This document shows, piece after piece, positions 51,580 through 63,759 of a DNA stretch of 64,000 nucleotides. The stretch covers positions 9,362,001 through 9,426,000 of the forward strand of contig JBHGNT010000004.1 in NCBI GenBank assembly GCA_043228905.1. The letters run 5' to 3'. The number at the start of each line of letters is the position of its first letter. Position 1 is the stretch's first letter. Source of the DNA: Azolla caroliniana. Taxonomy: Eukaryota > Plantae > Polypodiophyta. Position numbers and translations under genes: made by a program. The notes under the pieces are model-generated. The model was not told where the DNA came from and did no database searches. It saw only the letters and a program-made list of their open reading frames with translations.

Positions 51580-53629
51580 AGGAGTGATCATGAATGTATA
51601 TTTGGCTATTAAGTGTAACTACATTCCGCTTGTAACAAATCGAGTAATATAAAATCATGTGTTTTGAATTCTTATGATTTCTAAAAAATTGTTTCTTATA
51701 AAATAACATTGGTTGTGAAGTTTGTGATATAAATTGAGAATGTATCTTTTTGAAATTCGTCTTTTTTTAGTTACTTCTAAATCACGAAAATAGTGGATTT
51801 TTAACCTTTTTCATAGTATGTTTGAACATGTATGATACTGGTATTAATGTGTTTTGTAAAATCATTGAAAAACCCCTAAAATTTCCCTTATCCTTCCATT
51901 TATGCGCGATCCTTCCACTTGTGAACGCGAACGTGTTGACAGAATAAAAGAAATTTATAATTATTTCGTGAAAGAGTTACAAAATGGTTACGAGCGTCGT
52001 TGAACCTTCGATCTTTGTTTCATAAGGTAATCGCTCTTCTCTTTCTTGATAGTAAGCCACATCAATCTTCACTTCAATATTTCGATGAAGATAAGAATCT
52101 AACCGCCGCCCTTTCGTTGTGAGTTGAGCACCACAAACATCAAGCTAGCTCTTCTCTTGTCATTTCTTCTTCTGTTGCTCTTTCTATCTTATGATATCTC
52201 TTATGTAATATAACTCTATTTGATTCTCTTGATATATCATCCAATATAGTTCTTCGAGTTCAATTCCTTCGATATCCCTTGTGGCCCTACTCCCTTCTCC
52301 TTTTATAGGGAAGAGATGGTTGTACATGTGGGCCATGTGGCGCACATGCAGAGAGAACTTTACATGTGTGCTATATGGTGCACATGTAGTACATTCCATG
52401 GTTTAAACCATACAATACTACTTCAAATAAAACAACACATATATTTTATATGCATTACAAGTAAATGCTAAATGGTAAGGTTTAAATGTCATATTAAGGT
52501 TGGGGTTGTTGGTTCAAGTCCTCTTTTGCCCATGCAATATGCTATATGGTGTGCATGTAGTATATTACATGGTTTAGACTATAAAATAGTACTTCAAATA
52601 AAACAATGCATATAATGTAAATTATCAGTATATGCTAAATGGTAAGGTTTGAGTGTCATAAGGTGGGGTTATTGGCTCAATTCTTCTCTCATCCATGTAA
52701 CATAACATATACATTATTTTATTTGCCTCTACATATAATGTTTAATATTATCATAGTGTGTTCTTAATATTATCTTTATGTATAAAATATTATCAAGATT
52801 TATTTTATTTTAGTTACGTATTTATCTTATTGTAGACTTTTAATGTGAAGCTTTTGTACTTCACGACATCCACCCCCTCTAGACCTGCACATCCTCTGGC
52901 ATGTGCCACTATCTTTCATCTTCATCTTGATCTATTGGAGGTTCACGCTCGAACCTTTTCTTAAATACTTTTATCCTTTTTCCAGCTACCACGTTTAGGA
53001 TTGGTGTCTCATCCAATTCACTAAGCTTAGAAGTAAAGTTATCATATACTTTTCTTACTAACTTTCAACGAACTTGCAGACGGTCCTATGTTGATTATCT
53101 AAACTGCTATCATACACAAGCACCCAATCCCCTTGTTCTATCTTTTTATGTCTAATTCTATGAGTTTTATCAAAACGAATTTTATTCTTCAGTCGGGCCT
53201 CCTTCAATCATTGGGCTACAAATTCTATATCTCCAGGTTGACACTCTAATTGTTGAATTTGCAAAGCAAACAATTCTTCTTTACTCACCTCTTCTCTCCA
53301 TGGAATAGATATCCCTAATATAATTGATTCTTCTACCAGCATGATGGGTTTTGGCCAAGTATCAATTCAACTGGCATAAATCCTATTATTGAACTATGCG
53401 TTGTTCGATCGGGCAATAGTGCGTAAGATAGCATGCATGGCCAATCTCTTATTTTAGTTTTGTAGCTTTTCACAGTTGCCTTAACTATTGGGATATGTCC
53501 TCTTTCAATCTTTCCATTGGCTTCTAGATTATACCTAGTTGTAATTGATAACTTGACCCCTGTCCAATTAAAGAATTCTTGAGCTTCATGAGAATCAAAT
53601 TCTCCTCTATCTGCAATTATTTTACCAAC

Positions 53630-54899
53630 AGTAAAAACAAATAGCGTGTGGAAGCAATAAAAAAACAGAAAACAGAGAACGGGTTTAATGGAGAGCTTAA
53701 CAGTATGCGGGAGAGACAGAGAGAGAACAAGAATCTCTATTCAAAAATTATATCAACACTCTGTACATCGTATGTGTTCAACGAACACTTTTATACAGGT
53801 CCATACGAACTGACAGAAGTATAGTGTACTTCAATGCTCACTCGAGCGTCTGACACTAGCTGCGAGAGTAATAACTCCCTAGTAGTCTAGCTGCTACTAG
53901 GCTTCCGGTTACTGATGGATCCGGCTAACCGGCTCCCTAGCTCACCGGCTCTTTTGCTCACCGAGTGCTCACCGGCTCACCGATCCGTCTCGCTCACCGG
54001 CTCATGCTTATCTAGCCGATCCAGCTCCAATTGAGCTTGCCGCTCAACACTCCCCCTCAAGCTCAACTTGGGGTCCGGTCGTAGTGTCAACGTCTGTGGC
54101 AACCGGTCCTTCTGCCCGGCTCCTTCTGGTGTCACTCCGCCTTGCTCGCGATCCTCGTCCGGTCCGGTTCTGTTTGCCGCGAACCCTCTTGTTCTACGCA
54201 CCTCGACCTCCTTGGACCTACTTGTCTGCTCAACAGGCCCAATTGAGCTCCCTCGCTGCTGTGACTTCGGCGCGTGCCGGTTCGCCGATTCCTTCGTGTT
54301 GGCGTCGACTTTCACTGCCTTCGTGTCCTCTTGGCCTTGAATTGATCTGGTTCTTCCGAATTTGTCTGTTGAACCGAATCGATTGTCTCCGATTCGTTCC
54401 AGCTCTTGTCTGAATCAGTTGCTCCCGATTCGTCTTCTGGTTCCAGGCCCTTCACCATATCGGACCATGTACGGGTCTTGGCCTTCTTCTTCCGGTCGGC
54501 TCTATCCTTCTTGACTATACCGCTGCTGCCGCTTGTTCCGACTTGTTTGGATGTGTCAACTTCCTTTGTCAACTCGGCTCCTTTCTTCTTCTTGACTCTC
54601 CCTTCGTCCGTTCTTCCCTCACCGGCGCAATCGGCAATCTCTTTGCCTTTGCTCGTTCCGGTGTCTTTCCCGAGATGCTGAACACCAAGCATTTCGGTGA
54701 AGTGTTACAACTTGTCCGATCTGAGTGGTTTCGTGAAGATGTCGGCAACTTGCCGATACGTGTGAACATACCGAAGTTCGACCTCACCGCTCAGGACACG
54801 CTCACGCACGAAGTGATAGTGCACTTCTATGTGCTTTGTGCGAGCATGGAATACAGGGTTCTTGGCGAGCTGCATGCTACTTATGTTGTCACAGTAGAT
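53630..54899 (-). mobile_element. Copia 3' portion (RNase H end, extension, PPT, 3' LTR ~53630-54049), interrupted by transposon copy 2
   Basis: IYCDNISSMQLAKNPVFHARTKHIEVHYHFVRE; CTCAACA followed by CTCCCCCT marks the LTR/PPT junction. Confidence 0.9.
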
Positions 54900-55946
54900 A
54901 ACACGTTCGCGTTCACAAGTGGAAGGATTGCGCATTCCACTTGTAGAATCTTCTTAAAACGAAGCAAATACACCCTCTCTACAATAATTGGATGCACTAG
55001 TATCACATGTTCCTCAACTTGATAAGAATTTGCAAATATAAAAATACATGATAGATCTACGAGTGGAGATCATTAGAAATCATGCAAGTTTAGACATGTT
55101 GATAAGTTAATGTATCTAAATAAAGTTCAACTATGGCTCAATATGGCACTATTGTGCGACAAGGGAAACACTAACTTAAAGACTTATATTAATTAGGTAG
55201 GTTTTACAAAATTATGAGGTGTACTTGTATCCATACTAATAAAATGAGATATAATTTATACTTTGACCCATACGTGCATGTATGTAATTGTCGAAAATGT
55301 AGGATAGTGCACATTAGGATAAGTGATTGGAATAACTAACTTATTAAAGTATTCAATACTTATATTAAAAGTTGATCTAATCTATTCCTCAGTTTGTTCA
55401 TATGGGATCAAACCATATGTCTATATAATTGTGCACAATGTAAGGCAGTGAACTTTAGGATAATGTCGTGGAAATAACAAACCTATTAGGCTTTCATACC
55501 TGTATTTAAAATTGATCTACTCTATTGCTTAGGTGATTCACACAAGATCAAACTCCGAACGATAACGCAACTGGAACCATTATCAACACACTACACAATC
55601 TAAGCAGCAATGGAATAGAAACATAATAGTTTTAACAATATAAGACAAAGATCCATAATAACAACATGGACAGTCATGGGAATAATTATAGGGCCATGTT
55701 CTGTTAAGGTTAGCTTGGACCAAAATCAGCCTCCATTTAAGCTAGTTCATGTTTCTCCATAAGTTTGGTAGTCAGCTATGCACGCGGTGAAACCAATATC
55801 ATAAATCTACTAATGAGGTATATAAAAATAAAATTGAAACATATAGATGATTATAAAGAATAGAATCCACTAGGTAAAACCCAAAATTTGTATTAATAAT
55901 GTGAAATCTTAACAAATCGTCAGTGTCATATTCTTTATAGAGTCTA

Positions 55947-58900
55947 TTACATAGCAATCAATTCATCTACGTCATTTTCTTCATCATCTTGTGTAGAACT
56001 GTCTTCGGCTATACGTGCATTGGTTTCCCCTGTTAGCCGGGCCAACGAAATATCTTCTATAAGCTCATCATCAAGCTCTATTAGCTCTCCCGGTTCGCCG
56101 GCTAACGGAGGAATAGGCTCTCGCGAAGCGGGTTGAAACCTTTCTGTATTGGCGAGGTTCTTTGCACCGACCTCCTCATCCTAGTTTGGGCACTCCCACA
56201 AAGCCTTAATCCGCATATTAATAAATATAACTTGGTCCTCGTCCTTCTCCAATGCAACTGTATTCCTAAACAACTTCAATGCACATGCTGACGTAGTTCC
56301 TATGATGTAAGTAACAAGAAGATTTAGTTGTCAAACGAAAAAAGTGATTGGTTATCTCAAGATCGTTACCCTAGTTCGAGGAATACCTGTGCCAGAAAAG
56401 AGATCTAATATCCAGTCTCCTTCGACAGAAAACATCTCGATCAAGCGCATCATAAGTCGTTGAGGTTTTTGGTATGGGTTGACAAGTCCCCGTTCTCTCG
56501 TGGTGACATGTCGCAATTTCCGAGTCACTGCTGGATATACCAACAGATTTGAACCTCCCACTTCATTAGAATGCTCTTTGATTCTCTGTTTTTTAATTTC
56601 ATCGAAGTAGCCAACCGTTATGTATTCAATGGCATTAACGAACCGAAAAGTTGGCCCTCTATTTACATTGGTCTTGATCCTATAAAAAATAATTCATCGA
56701 GTTAAAAATAGATTCAACAACCTTAAGAATTGCAATATAATGAAAGACACCTATAAATAATCCTTACCATGCAAGGTTCGATGATGCCATGGCAACGAGA
56801 TCTCAAAGCTTGAGCTACCGAGTACCCTTGGTCCATACTATGAAAGACAACTATTCGCCACAAGGATGCGGTCGTTAGCTCAGCGAAATCCTTGACCATC
56901 TTCTCCAATTGTTTAAACCTAAACGGTTCATCGTCGTATGATGACCCAGCCATTCGAAATCCGTAAGGAATATCCGCAATCATTAGCGTATATTCCTTCT
57001 TTGGCACCTTCTCGATCAAGTCGATGACATCACCGCAAACCACATTGTAGTAAAGATCTCTCGTAATATCTTTCTTGTGGCTAAATTTTTTAAACGAGCC
57101 ATCTTCCTCCATTTTGTACGCCTTGACTAAGCGACGATCCTTTTCTTTTCTGGCTCGCTCGAGATGTGCAAGGAAGGATGTAGGGAAATCGTGTATATCC
57201 TTAACTTCTCCTTGTTTCTTGCCTCGACACGGTTTCTAATAGAAGCAATAGGACATCAGGTATTATTATACAACCTCTACATATGATGAAAGGGTAATGA
57301 AAAAATATCAATACTAACCCAATCCTTGAATGCAATAAAATACTCTGATAACGCCTTATACGAAGACGTTAGAGGATAATCCTCGGTCACTTGTTCCCAA
57401 GTTATACATCCAAGTTGTTTCATCATTACTTCTTGGATCTTCATGTACACCTTATGACTGTAAAATTAGAAATCAAGATTAGAACTTTGAATTACACCAG
57501 ATAGACTACAATTTCAGTATTTGAAAGACTTACTTATTGAACTCGGTGACCATTTCTTCAAGGCTTAAATCTTTCGCCACAATCCTTGACAAAACGAACA
57601 CAAGAAGCTGCTCGTCCTTAATACCTTGCATCGCTCTCCATAGAGACAGCTTCATGTCGTCTGCCGCTTCTTCAATTGTCAAGTCAATTATCTTGGCGGC
57701 TTGTGACTTTAATTCTAGTTGAGGGTCAACCCTACATTTCTTTTGTCGTTGACCCTTTACCTCCTTATTCTCCCACATTGAGAAGATTTGATCTTGGAGG
57801 TCCCATACTTCTCCATCTCTAAACGCCAATTGAAACCAAGATTCATACTTTCGAAGACCATCGGACCTAACATTATCATCTACCACAATGCCGACTTCAT
57901 GCAGACATTGACGTCGAAGGCCTGGATGTAACTTCACACCAAACTTTTGTTTCACATCTAAATACTCGTGGTGGAAGAACCGGATACGCTCAATAGACGA
58001 CATTTTCTGCCTATAGTCATTATCATTATTATGGTCCCATGCCAACAGCTTAGCCTCTTCGGTTGTGAGCCCAACATATATTTTGCACTCGGCATACTTG
58101 AAGAAGAAAGTGGTTGGATGTTCTCTTACAAGTTGTCGACGTGCCTCTGCTGAATGCGATCCACCAATGACAAAATAATTATATTGATCATGCTTTCTGA
58201 TATCAAAATCTTCAATGGTTTCACATTCTTCAGGATCCACCATAACAATAAAAGGCACCACTGTGGCATGAGGATTAATTTTCATTTTTTTCTTGAGATT
58301 TTGAACATGCATGCGATGAGGCTCTCTAATCTCAAGTGGTCTTCGACCTGTTTTTTCATCAATAGGGGGCCGATGGATGTGTGTTATAGGCAAATTAAAT
58401 ACTTCCCTTTCCTGACCAGCTTCCGTTGCATTAACTCTCTTCTTATTTTATTCTGCTCGGATGACAAAACACCCGAGGCCAGCTCGGCTCCTGGCGTCCC
58501 CTTATTATCCTCTTCTTCATTTTCACTTGTCGAATCCGTATCCGACATTTTCGTTGTCTTCTTCTTGGCTGGTCTTGACTGGACTTTGGATACCTTTTTA
58601 GTGGCCTTCAAGTGGGAGGGCTCTTCATCTCGTAGAGTTACATGGCCTTGTATATAAGGCCTCAAGGTAACAATCAGGTTTTGTGAGTTATCAAGTGCTT
58701 TTTTGAACACTTCAGGCCCACAAGATTCCTTTACTAAAAGATCTTCTGAAAGGAACACTTTGCGTACCCCCTTGGAGCACTCTATCATTACCAGTATGTT
58801 GGCCGAATCTGCATCTTCGTAGTCAAATCGTAGAATTCGGCCATACATAAATGGAGTTTCTTTTCCTAGCTGCCCCTCACCCTTCTTCTTTGTTGTATAC

Positions 58901-60164
58901 AATACGACTTTTTTCTTTGAGTCGACATATTGCATACACCATTCCTTGTCCGTTAGATCTCGGTCAGGAAGGTCTTCGCCTCCAGTAGCGGCGACAATTT
59001 TCTTTTGGCTTACATCACTATGGGGCTGAGATTTTGTCTCTTCGTTAAAGAGAAGCTTTTTTCCTCTCTTCATGGTCTCCGGAGTTACCTTGGTCTGGGC
59101 TTCGATTGGAGAACCTTGTATGCGAAGCTTAATTTTCGTCACGGGTCGGTCTGACAGATTCTCAAACGACCTATTTAAGAAAGTATATGCATTTGCCATA
59201 AGTTAGACAGTTACGTAGATTGAAGTTGTTATTATAATGAAGAACAGTTTCTAGGAGCAGTAACACATTCAAAAATCTATTCTAGGCAGGGCTATTCAAC
59301 CTAGAAAATATATATCGTAATAACTAAAACGGGTTATATATTCTTTTAAATAGTAGGTATGACTTATATAGATTCTAAACCTATATTGATGAGAATTTGC
59401 CATAGTGAATGCAATTTGTAGATCATTTTCTACTATTTTAAGCTAAAGTAGGTCAAAAAACACCTATAATTAGAGCATGTATTTGTTTAGAAGTAAGTAA
59501 ACTCAACATAAAAAGACTGATTTTGACAGACAATTTGATAACATTTCCACCCCGTAAACGATTTTTCTCTCTCAAAGGCTACACTTTAAACACGAACTCG
59601 ATACGGCGTATCGAGTTCGTGTTTAAAGTATAGGTTTTAAACACGAACTCGATACGCCGTATCGAGTTCATGTTTAAAATTCAAACTTTAAACACGAACT
59701 CGATACGGCGTATCGAGTTCGTGTTTAAAACCTATACTTTAAACACGAACTCGATACGCCGTATCGAGTTCGTGTTTAAAGTATAGGTTTTAAACACGAA
59801 CTCGATACGCCGTATCGAGTTTGTGTTTAAAAGGTAAGTTTTAAACACGAACTCGATACGGCGTATCGAGTTCGTGTTTAAAACCTACAGTATGAACACG
59901 AACTCGATACGCCGTATCGAGTTCATGTTTAAAACCTATACTTTAAACACGAACTCGATACGCCGTATCGAGTTCATGTATACAATACAAATATTTACAC
60001 ACGAACTCGATACGGTGTATCGAGTTCGTGTATAAATATTTGTATTGTATACATGAACTCGATACGCCGTATCGAGTTCTTGGGAAACGAAACATATTTA
60101 CAAAAATGTCCACAGTGTCAGAGGCCTACCTGGACTCCTCGCGCTCGACTCTCTTGGAAGACAT
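55947..60164 (-). pseudogene. ParB-like/beta-class MTase fusion, copy 2, 6 exons (60164-60130, 59170-57534, 57457-57319, 57235-56768, 56679-56387, 56299-55947)
   Basis: All five GT-AG introns intact and phase-compatible; motif I FSGTGTT intact. Frameshifts near 58404 and 56780; stop in the acidic tail near 56181. Confidence 0.88.
59583..60080. repeat. Phased palindrome array, copy 2 (10 units)
   Basis: Cores start at 59594, 59645, 59696, 59747, 59798, 59849, 59900, 59951, 60003 and 60055. Confidence 0.95.
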
Positions 60165-60996
60165 GGTTGATCGTGTTGTGTGGAGGCGGAGATCGCGCTT
60201 TCGTGCTTTGTGCCTTGAGTGCTCTGTGTGCTCTGTGTGCTCTGTGTGCTCTGAGTGCTCTGTACGCTCTGTACGCTCTGTACGCTCTGGTGAGTGAAAT
60301 ATGATGAGGTCTTCCTATTTATAGGGATTGAACCCATGGTTAAAGTAACCATAGTCATCTTAATCAATGTTGGTAACTTTGAGGATAGTTAGTTTGTAAC
60401 CATAGTCACATTAACTATAGTAACTTATGATTGTATTAATGATTACAAAGTCAAACTAACATATTGATCAATCTTTTATACTCATAACAACCTACAATCA
60501 CTTCAAAGGTTATGAAGGAGACAATGATAGAGGTTCATGAATGTACCAATGATTGATTACTAAAAGCAAAAATTTTTATGACTCTCAATAGTTATGTATT
60601 AAAGATGTGGGCATGAATTAACCAATGATTGATAAGTCTAATATTTAAAATGGTGAGCATTAAAGAATCAATGAGTGAGACGTTCTATATCAAAATGGGT
60701 GTCATTAATTAGCCAATGATTTTAACATTAATCCAACATATTCAAGGCTTGTTAATGATTAGTTTTATATTTTACTTGATTTAACATCATTTAGATCTAG
60801 TTTATATAATGATTGATAATTTAAGTTAAATTACTTTATTAAAAATAATTTTTAGATGTATTGTATTTTAATAGAATATTACATAATATAGACATTCTAT
60901 TGATTTGGCTTTTGTTTAGAGAGAAGTTTATGTTTAGGGAGGAGTATATGCTTAGAGAGGAGTATAACTTAGAGAGCCCTATCTAGACCTTAAGCC

Positions 60997-63759
60997 ATGA
61001 GTGAAGATTCACCGTTCTCGATTGAAGAATATTGTTTGTCATCAGACCCATCGTTTTCTACTGAAGAGTATTGTTTATCAACAGAGTCACCATATTCGAT
61101 TGAAGAATATTGTCTTTCGACCGACTCACCATATTCTATCGAAGAATATTGTCTGAGCTCATCTATAGGGAATGCAAATAATGACACATGTGAAGAGTTC
61201 TCTATTGAAGAATACGATATTAATAAAGATACCGGGAATGAAGGAAGTGCCCAGGAAACATTGAATAACATTGAATTAGACTGTAACAAGGTTACACCAA
61301 CCTCTATGCAGGAAGAGAAATCTGGGAGCCCTATGCATATTAGAAGAATCCCACGAAGAATTCGTCTGGCTAGATTTAGCTTGGTGACATCAGATAAACA
61401 GATTGGATTTGATGTCAACAAAATATGTTGTGCCCGTGGTTGTATGTCTATGATTGGAAAATCAAAGTTGCGAGAATTAAGGCGATACTATTTTTCGATG
61501 ACCGGTGATGAGCAAGACACTTACCTCGGATCACATATGCAACTAGTATCTGACAAATGTACGGGGATCAAAGTATCATTCGAGTATTATATCTTCCATG
61601 CGCAACAGATATGTAGAGTTGCATTCAAAATTGTGTTATGTGTTAGTAACATGCGGCTACATAGAGTACAACAACGTCTACTTAGCGGGGATCAGATGCT
61701 CAATTGTAAAGAGGTTCCAAGTCTGAAAGGTGCAATTGGAAGACTAGCTATTGGCTGGATGAAAACTTACTTTCAGTTAAATTGTGAAGTAATGCCCACT
61801 ACAGGTAGGATGCATCTTTCTGATAATTATACCCGTCGGGAAGTTTATGATGTCTATCGATCTGAAATGCTGGGCTCACGTAATAAGTCTATCACCTATA
61901 GCCAATTCACAAGATTATGGAGAGCTCGGTTTTCAAATGTTATTATTCCTCGTAAAGTACGTATGGGTTATTGCTCCATTTGTGCAAATCTTAAAAGTTT
62001 GGCTAAAGGTGCAAAGACATCAATGGAAAAGGATACGAGTAAGAAGTTACTACAAGAGCATCGTGAGGCACAATACTTAGAACGAAGGAAGGCGATGCAT
62101 CATAGAGAGAAGTGTTTGAAGAGGCCTGAACAATACATGTGCTTAATGATAGATGGCATGGACCAGAAGAAGACATGCTTGCCGCATACGCGGAGGCTCC
62201 CCAAAGATGTCAATGATGAGTGCCTTGTTCAAATGCACTTGGTGGGATGCTTGGCTTATAATAGGTCTGTTCGACCTCACGTCTTCATTACTTACCCCAA
62301 TGTTCACAATGACCCTAACCTAACAGTTACAGTGATTCACCGAGTTTTGATGTCTTGGGGACAACCTTTCCCCCCTGTTCTATACATTCAATTGGACAAT
62401 ACTGCTAGAGAGAACAAAAATTCAACTGTATTTGGCTATCTAAGTATGTTGGTCAACCTAGAATTGTTTAGGAAAGTGAAAGTCAATTTCCTTTTGGTTG
62501 GCCACACACATGACCATATAGATCAGATGTTTAGCACATTCTCCAGACAGTTGTCTCGGCATGATGCTTTCACTTTACCTAAACTATTTGATGTCATTTG
62601 TGATGCATATACACCACGCCCAAAAGTGTTACACTTGAAGGAGGTATATGACTTTAAGAGATATATATTAGATGGGGGTGGTGGGAATGTTAAAGTGCTT
62701 GCTCAGTTAAACAATATAAGTTTCAATCACATTTTTTTGATAAAGAAAAATGGAATAAGTGGTTCTACACTTTTGTATGCTAAACAATATTCATCTTCTA
62801 CAACATGGGAACCTGAAGGTGGTTGCCAGTTATTACTTTGTATGCCGAGTACAATTGTCCATGGAGCTAAGCAAATGCCAATTGAGAAGAAAGGACAGTT
62901 GCAGAGCGACTTGGTATTAGAACAAAAACGGTCATGGCTCCAAGCCTTAGAAGAAAAAAGAAAACATATTGAGGCCGCCAAGAAATATGCCGCACAACAA
63001 GACACGTCATGGTGGGATGTATTTTATAGTGATCAGAAAGAAATTATAGACAATTGTGTATCTGTTGATAATTGGAATTTGGAAACGCCATTCACATGGT
63101 CGCTGCAACATGATCGCGTAAATAGAAGTCCGGAGCGACTAGTAAATGCGATTAATGACAGCTTGGTCCATCCACAACAAAGAGACATTTATGTGGGACC
63201 AAGGATGACCAAAGCAGCCGAAGCTAGATGGCAAGGAAATTTGCAAGAGCTCACCGCGGGGATGTTGATTGCAACGCCGGCTGATGAGAACTCACATGGC
63301 CACCAATTTTGGGTTGGTAAAATTCTAGAAGTGCTAATGCATGAAATAGATAACACGATCAAGTCTATAAATGTTCATTGGTACAACACTAGAAGTGCAA
63401 ATGCTTTTACAGGTAAGTATACATTGGAGATGATTGAATGCCAAACAAGAAGGGGAGGTAGGAAGAGGAAGCGAAACATTCGTAACACCTCGACCCTTGA
63501 TATCTCTGATGTGGATATCATCGTGTACGACTTCACACTTACAAAAGCCAGACGATTAAGGAAGTCAACAATAGATATAATAAAAGAAAAATTACCAGGT
63601 CTACAAGGTGGCTCGAGTCAAAGGCAAACGAGATCTGCTACATATAATCTAGAGTCAAACCATTTGGTTTATGACGAAGATAATGCACTGATTGGTACAT
63701 CCGAGGATGATGAGGAGGAATCGTCATTGTATATTAGTTATAGTAGTGATTCTCCGTAA
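60997..63759 (+). CDS. Intact 920-aa transposase, Sola-like (DUF7869-type DDD core)
   Basis: Motifs IDGMDQKK, YIQLDNTARENKN, FLLVGHTHDHIDQMFS and an upstream CSIC...H segment; lies between TIRs of a family with 4-bp TSDs. Superfamily assignment is from remembered motif patterns. Confidence 0.85.
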   Translation: MSEDSPFSIEEYCLSSDPSFSTEEYCLSTESPYSIEEYCLSTDSPYSIEEYCLSSSIGNANNDTCEEFSIEEYDINKDTGNEGSAQETLNNIELDCNKVTPTSMQEEKSGSPMHIRRIPRRIRLARFSLVTSDKQIGFDVNKICCARGCMSMIGKSKLRELRRYYFSMTGDEQDTYLGSHMQLVSDKCTGIKVSFEYYIFHAQQICRVAFKIVLCVSNMRLHRVQQRLLSGDQMLNCKEVPSLKGAIGRLAIGWMKTYFQLNCEVMPTTGRMHLSDNYTRREVYDVYRSEMLGSRNKSITYSQFTRLWRARFSNVIIPRKVRMGYCSICANLKSLAKGAKTSMEKDTSKKLLQEHREAQYLERRKAMHHREKCLKRPEQYMCLMIDGMDQKKTCLPHTRRLPKDVNDECLVQMHLVGCLAYNRSVRPHVFITYPNVHNDPNLTVTVIHRVLMSWGQPFPPVLYIQLDNTARENKNSTVFGYLSMLVNLELFRKVKVNFLLVGHTHDHIDQMFSTFSRQLSRHDAFTLPKLFDVICDAYTPRPKVLHLKEVYDFKRYILDGGGGNVKVLAQLNNISFNHIFLIKKNGISGSTLLYAKQYSSSTTWEPEGGCQLLLCMPSTIVHGAKQMPIEKKGQLQSDLVLEQKRSWLQALEEKRKHIEAAKKYAAQQDTSWWDVFYSDQKEIIDNCVSVDNWNLETPFTWSLQHDRVNRSPERLVNAINDSLVHPQQRDIYVGPRMTKAAEARWQGNLQELTAGMLIATPADENSHGHQFWVGKILEVLMHEIDNTIKSINVHWYNTRSANAFTGKYTLEMIECQTRRGGRKRKRNIRNTSTLDISDVDIIVYDFTLTKARRLRKSTIDIIKEKLPGLQGGSSQRQTRSATYNLESNHLVYDEDNALIGTSEDDEEESSLYISYSSDSP

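Larger units (their letters stand above)
42634..51937 (+). mobile_element. Sola-like TIR DNA transposon, copy 1 (9304 bp), carrying a ParB-methyltransferase gene
   Basis: 36-bp TIRs at 42634-42669 and 51902-51937 (1 mismatch); GACA TSD at 42630-42633 and 51938-51941; two divergent genes. Confidence 0.95.
42467..53629 (-). mobile_element. Second Gypsy element: 3' LTR (42467-42633 plus 51938-52868, split by the DNA transposon) and integrase remnant (52869-53629)
   Basis: TGTCGTGA start and TCACGACA end followed by PPT complement TCCACCCCCTCT; integrase homologous to 29900-30650; cut by a Copia LTR near 53630. Confidence 0.8.
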
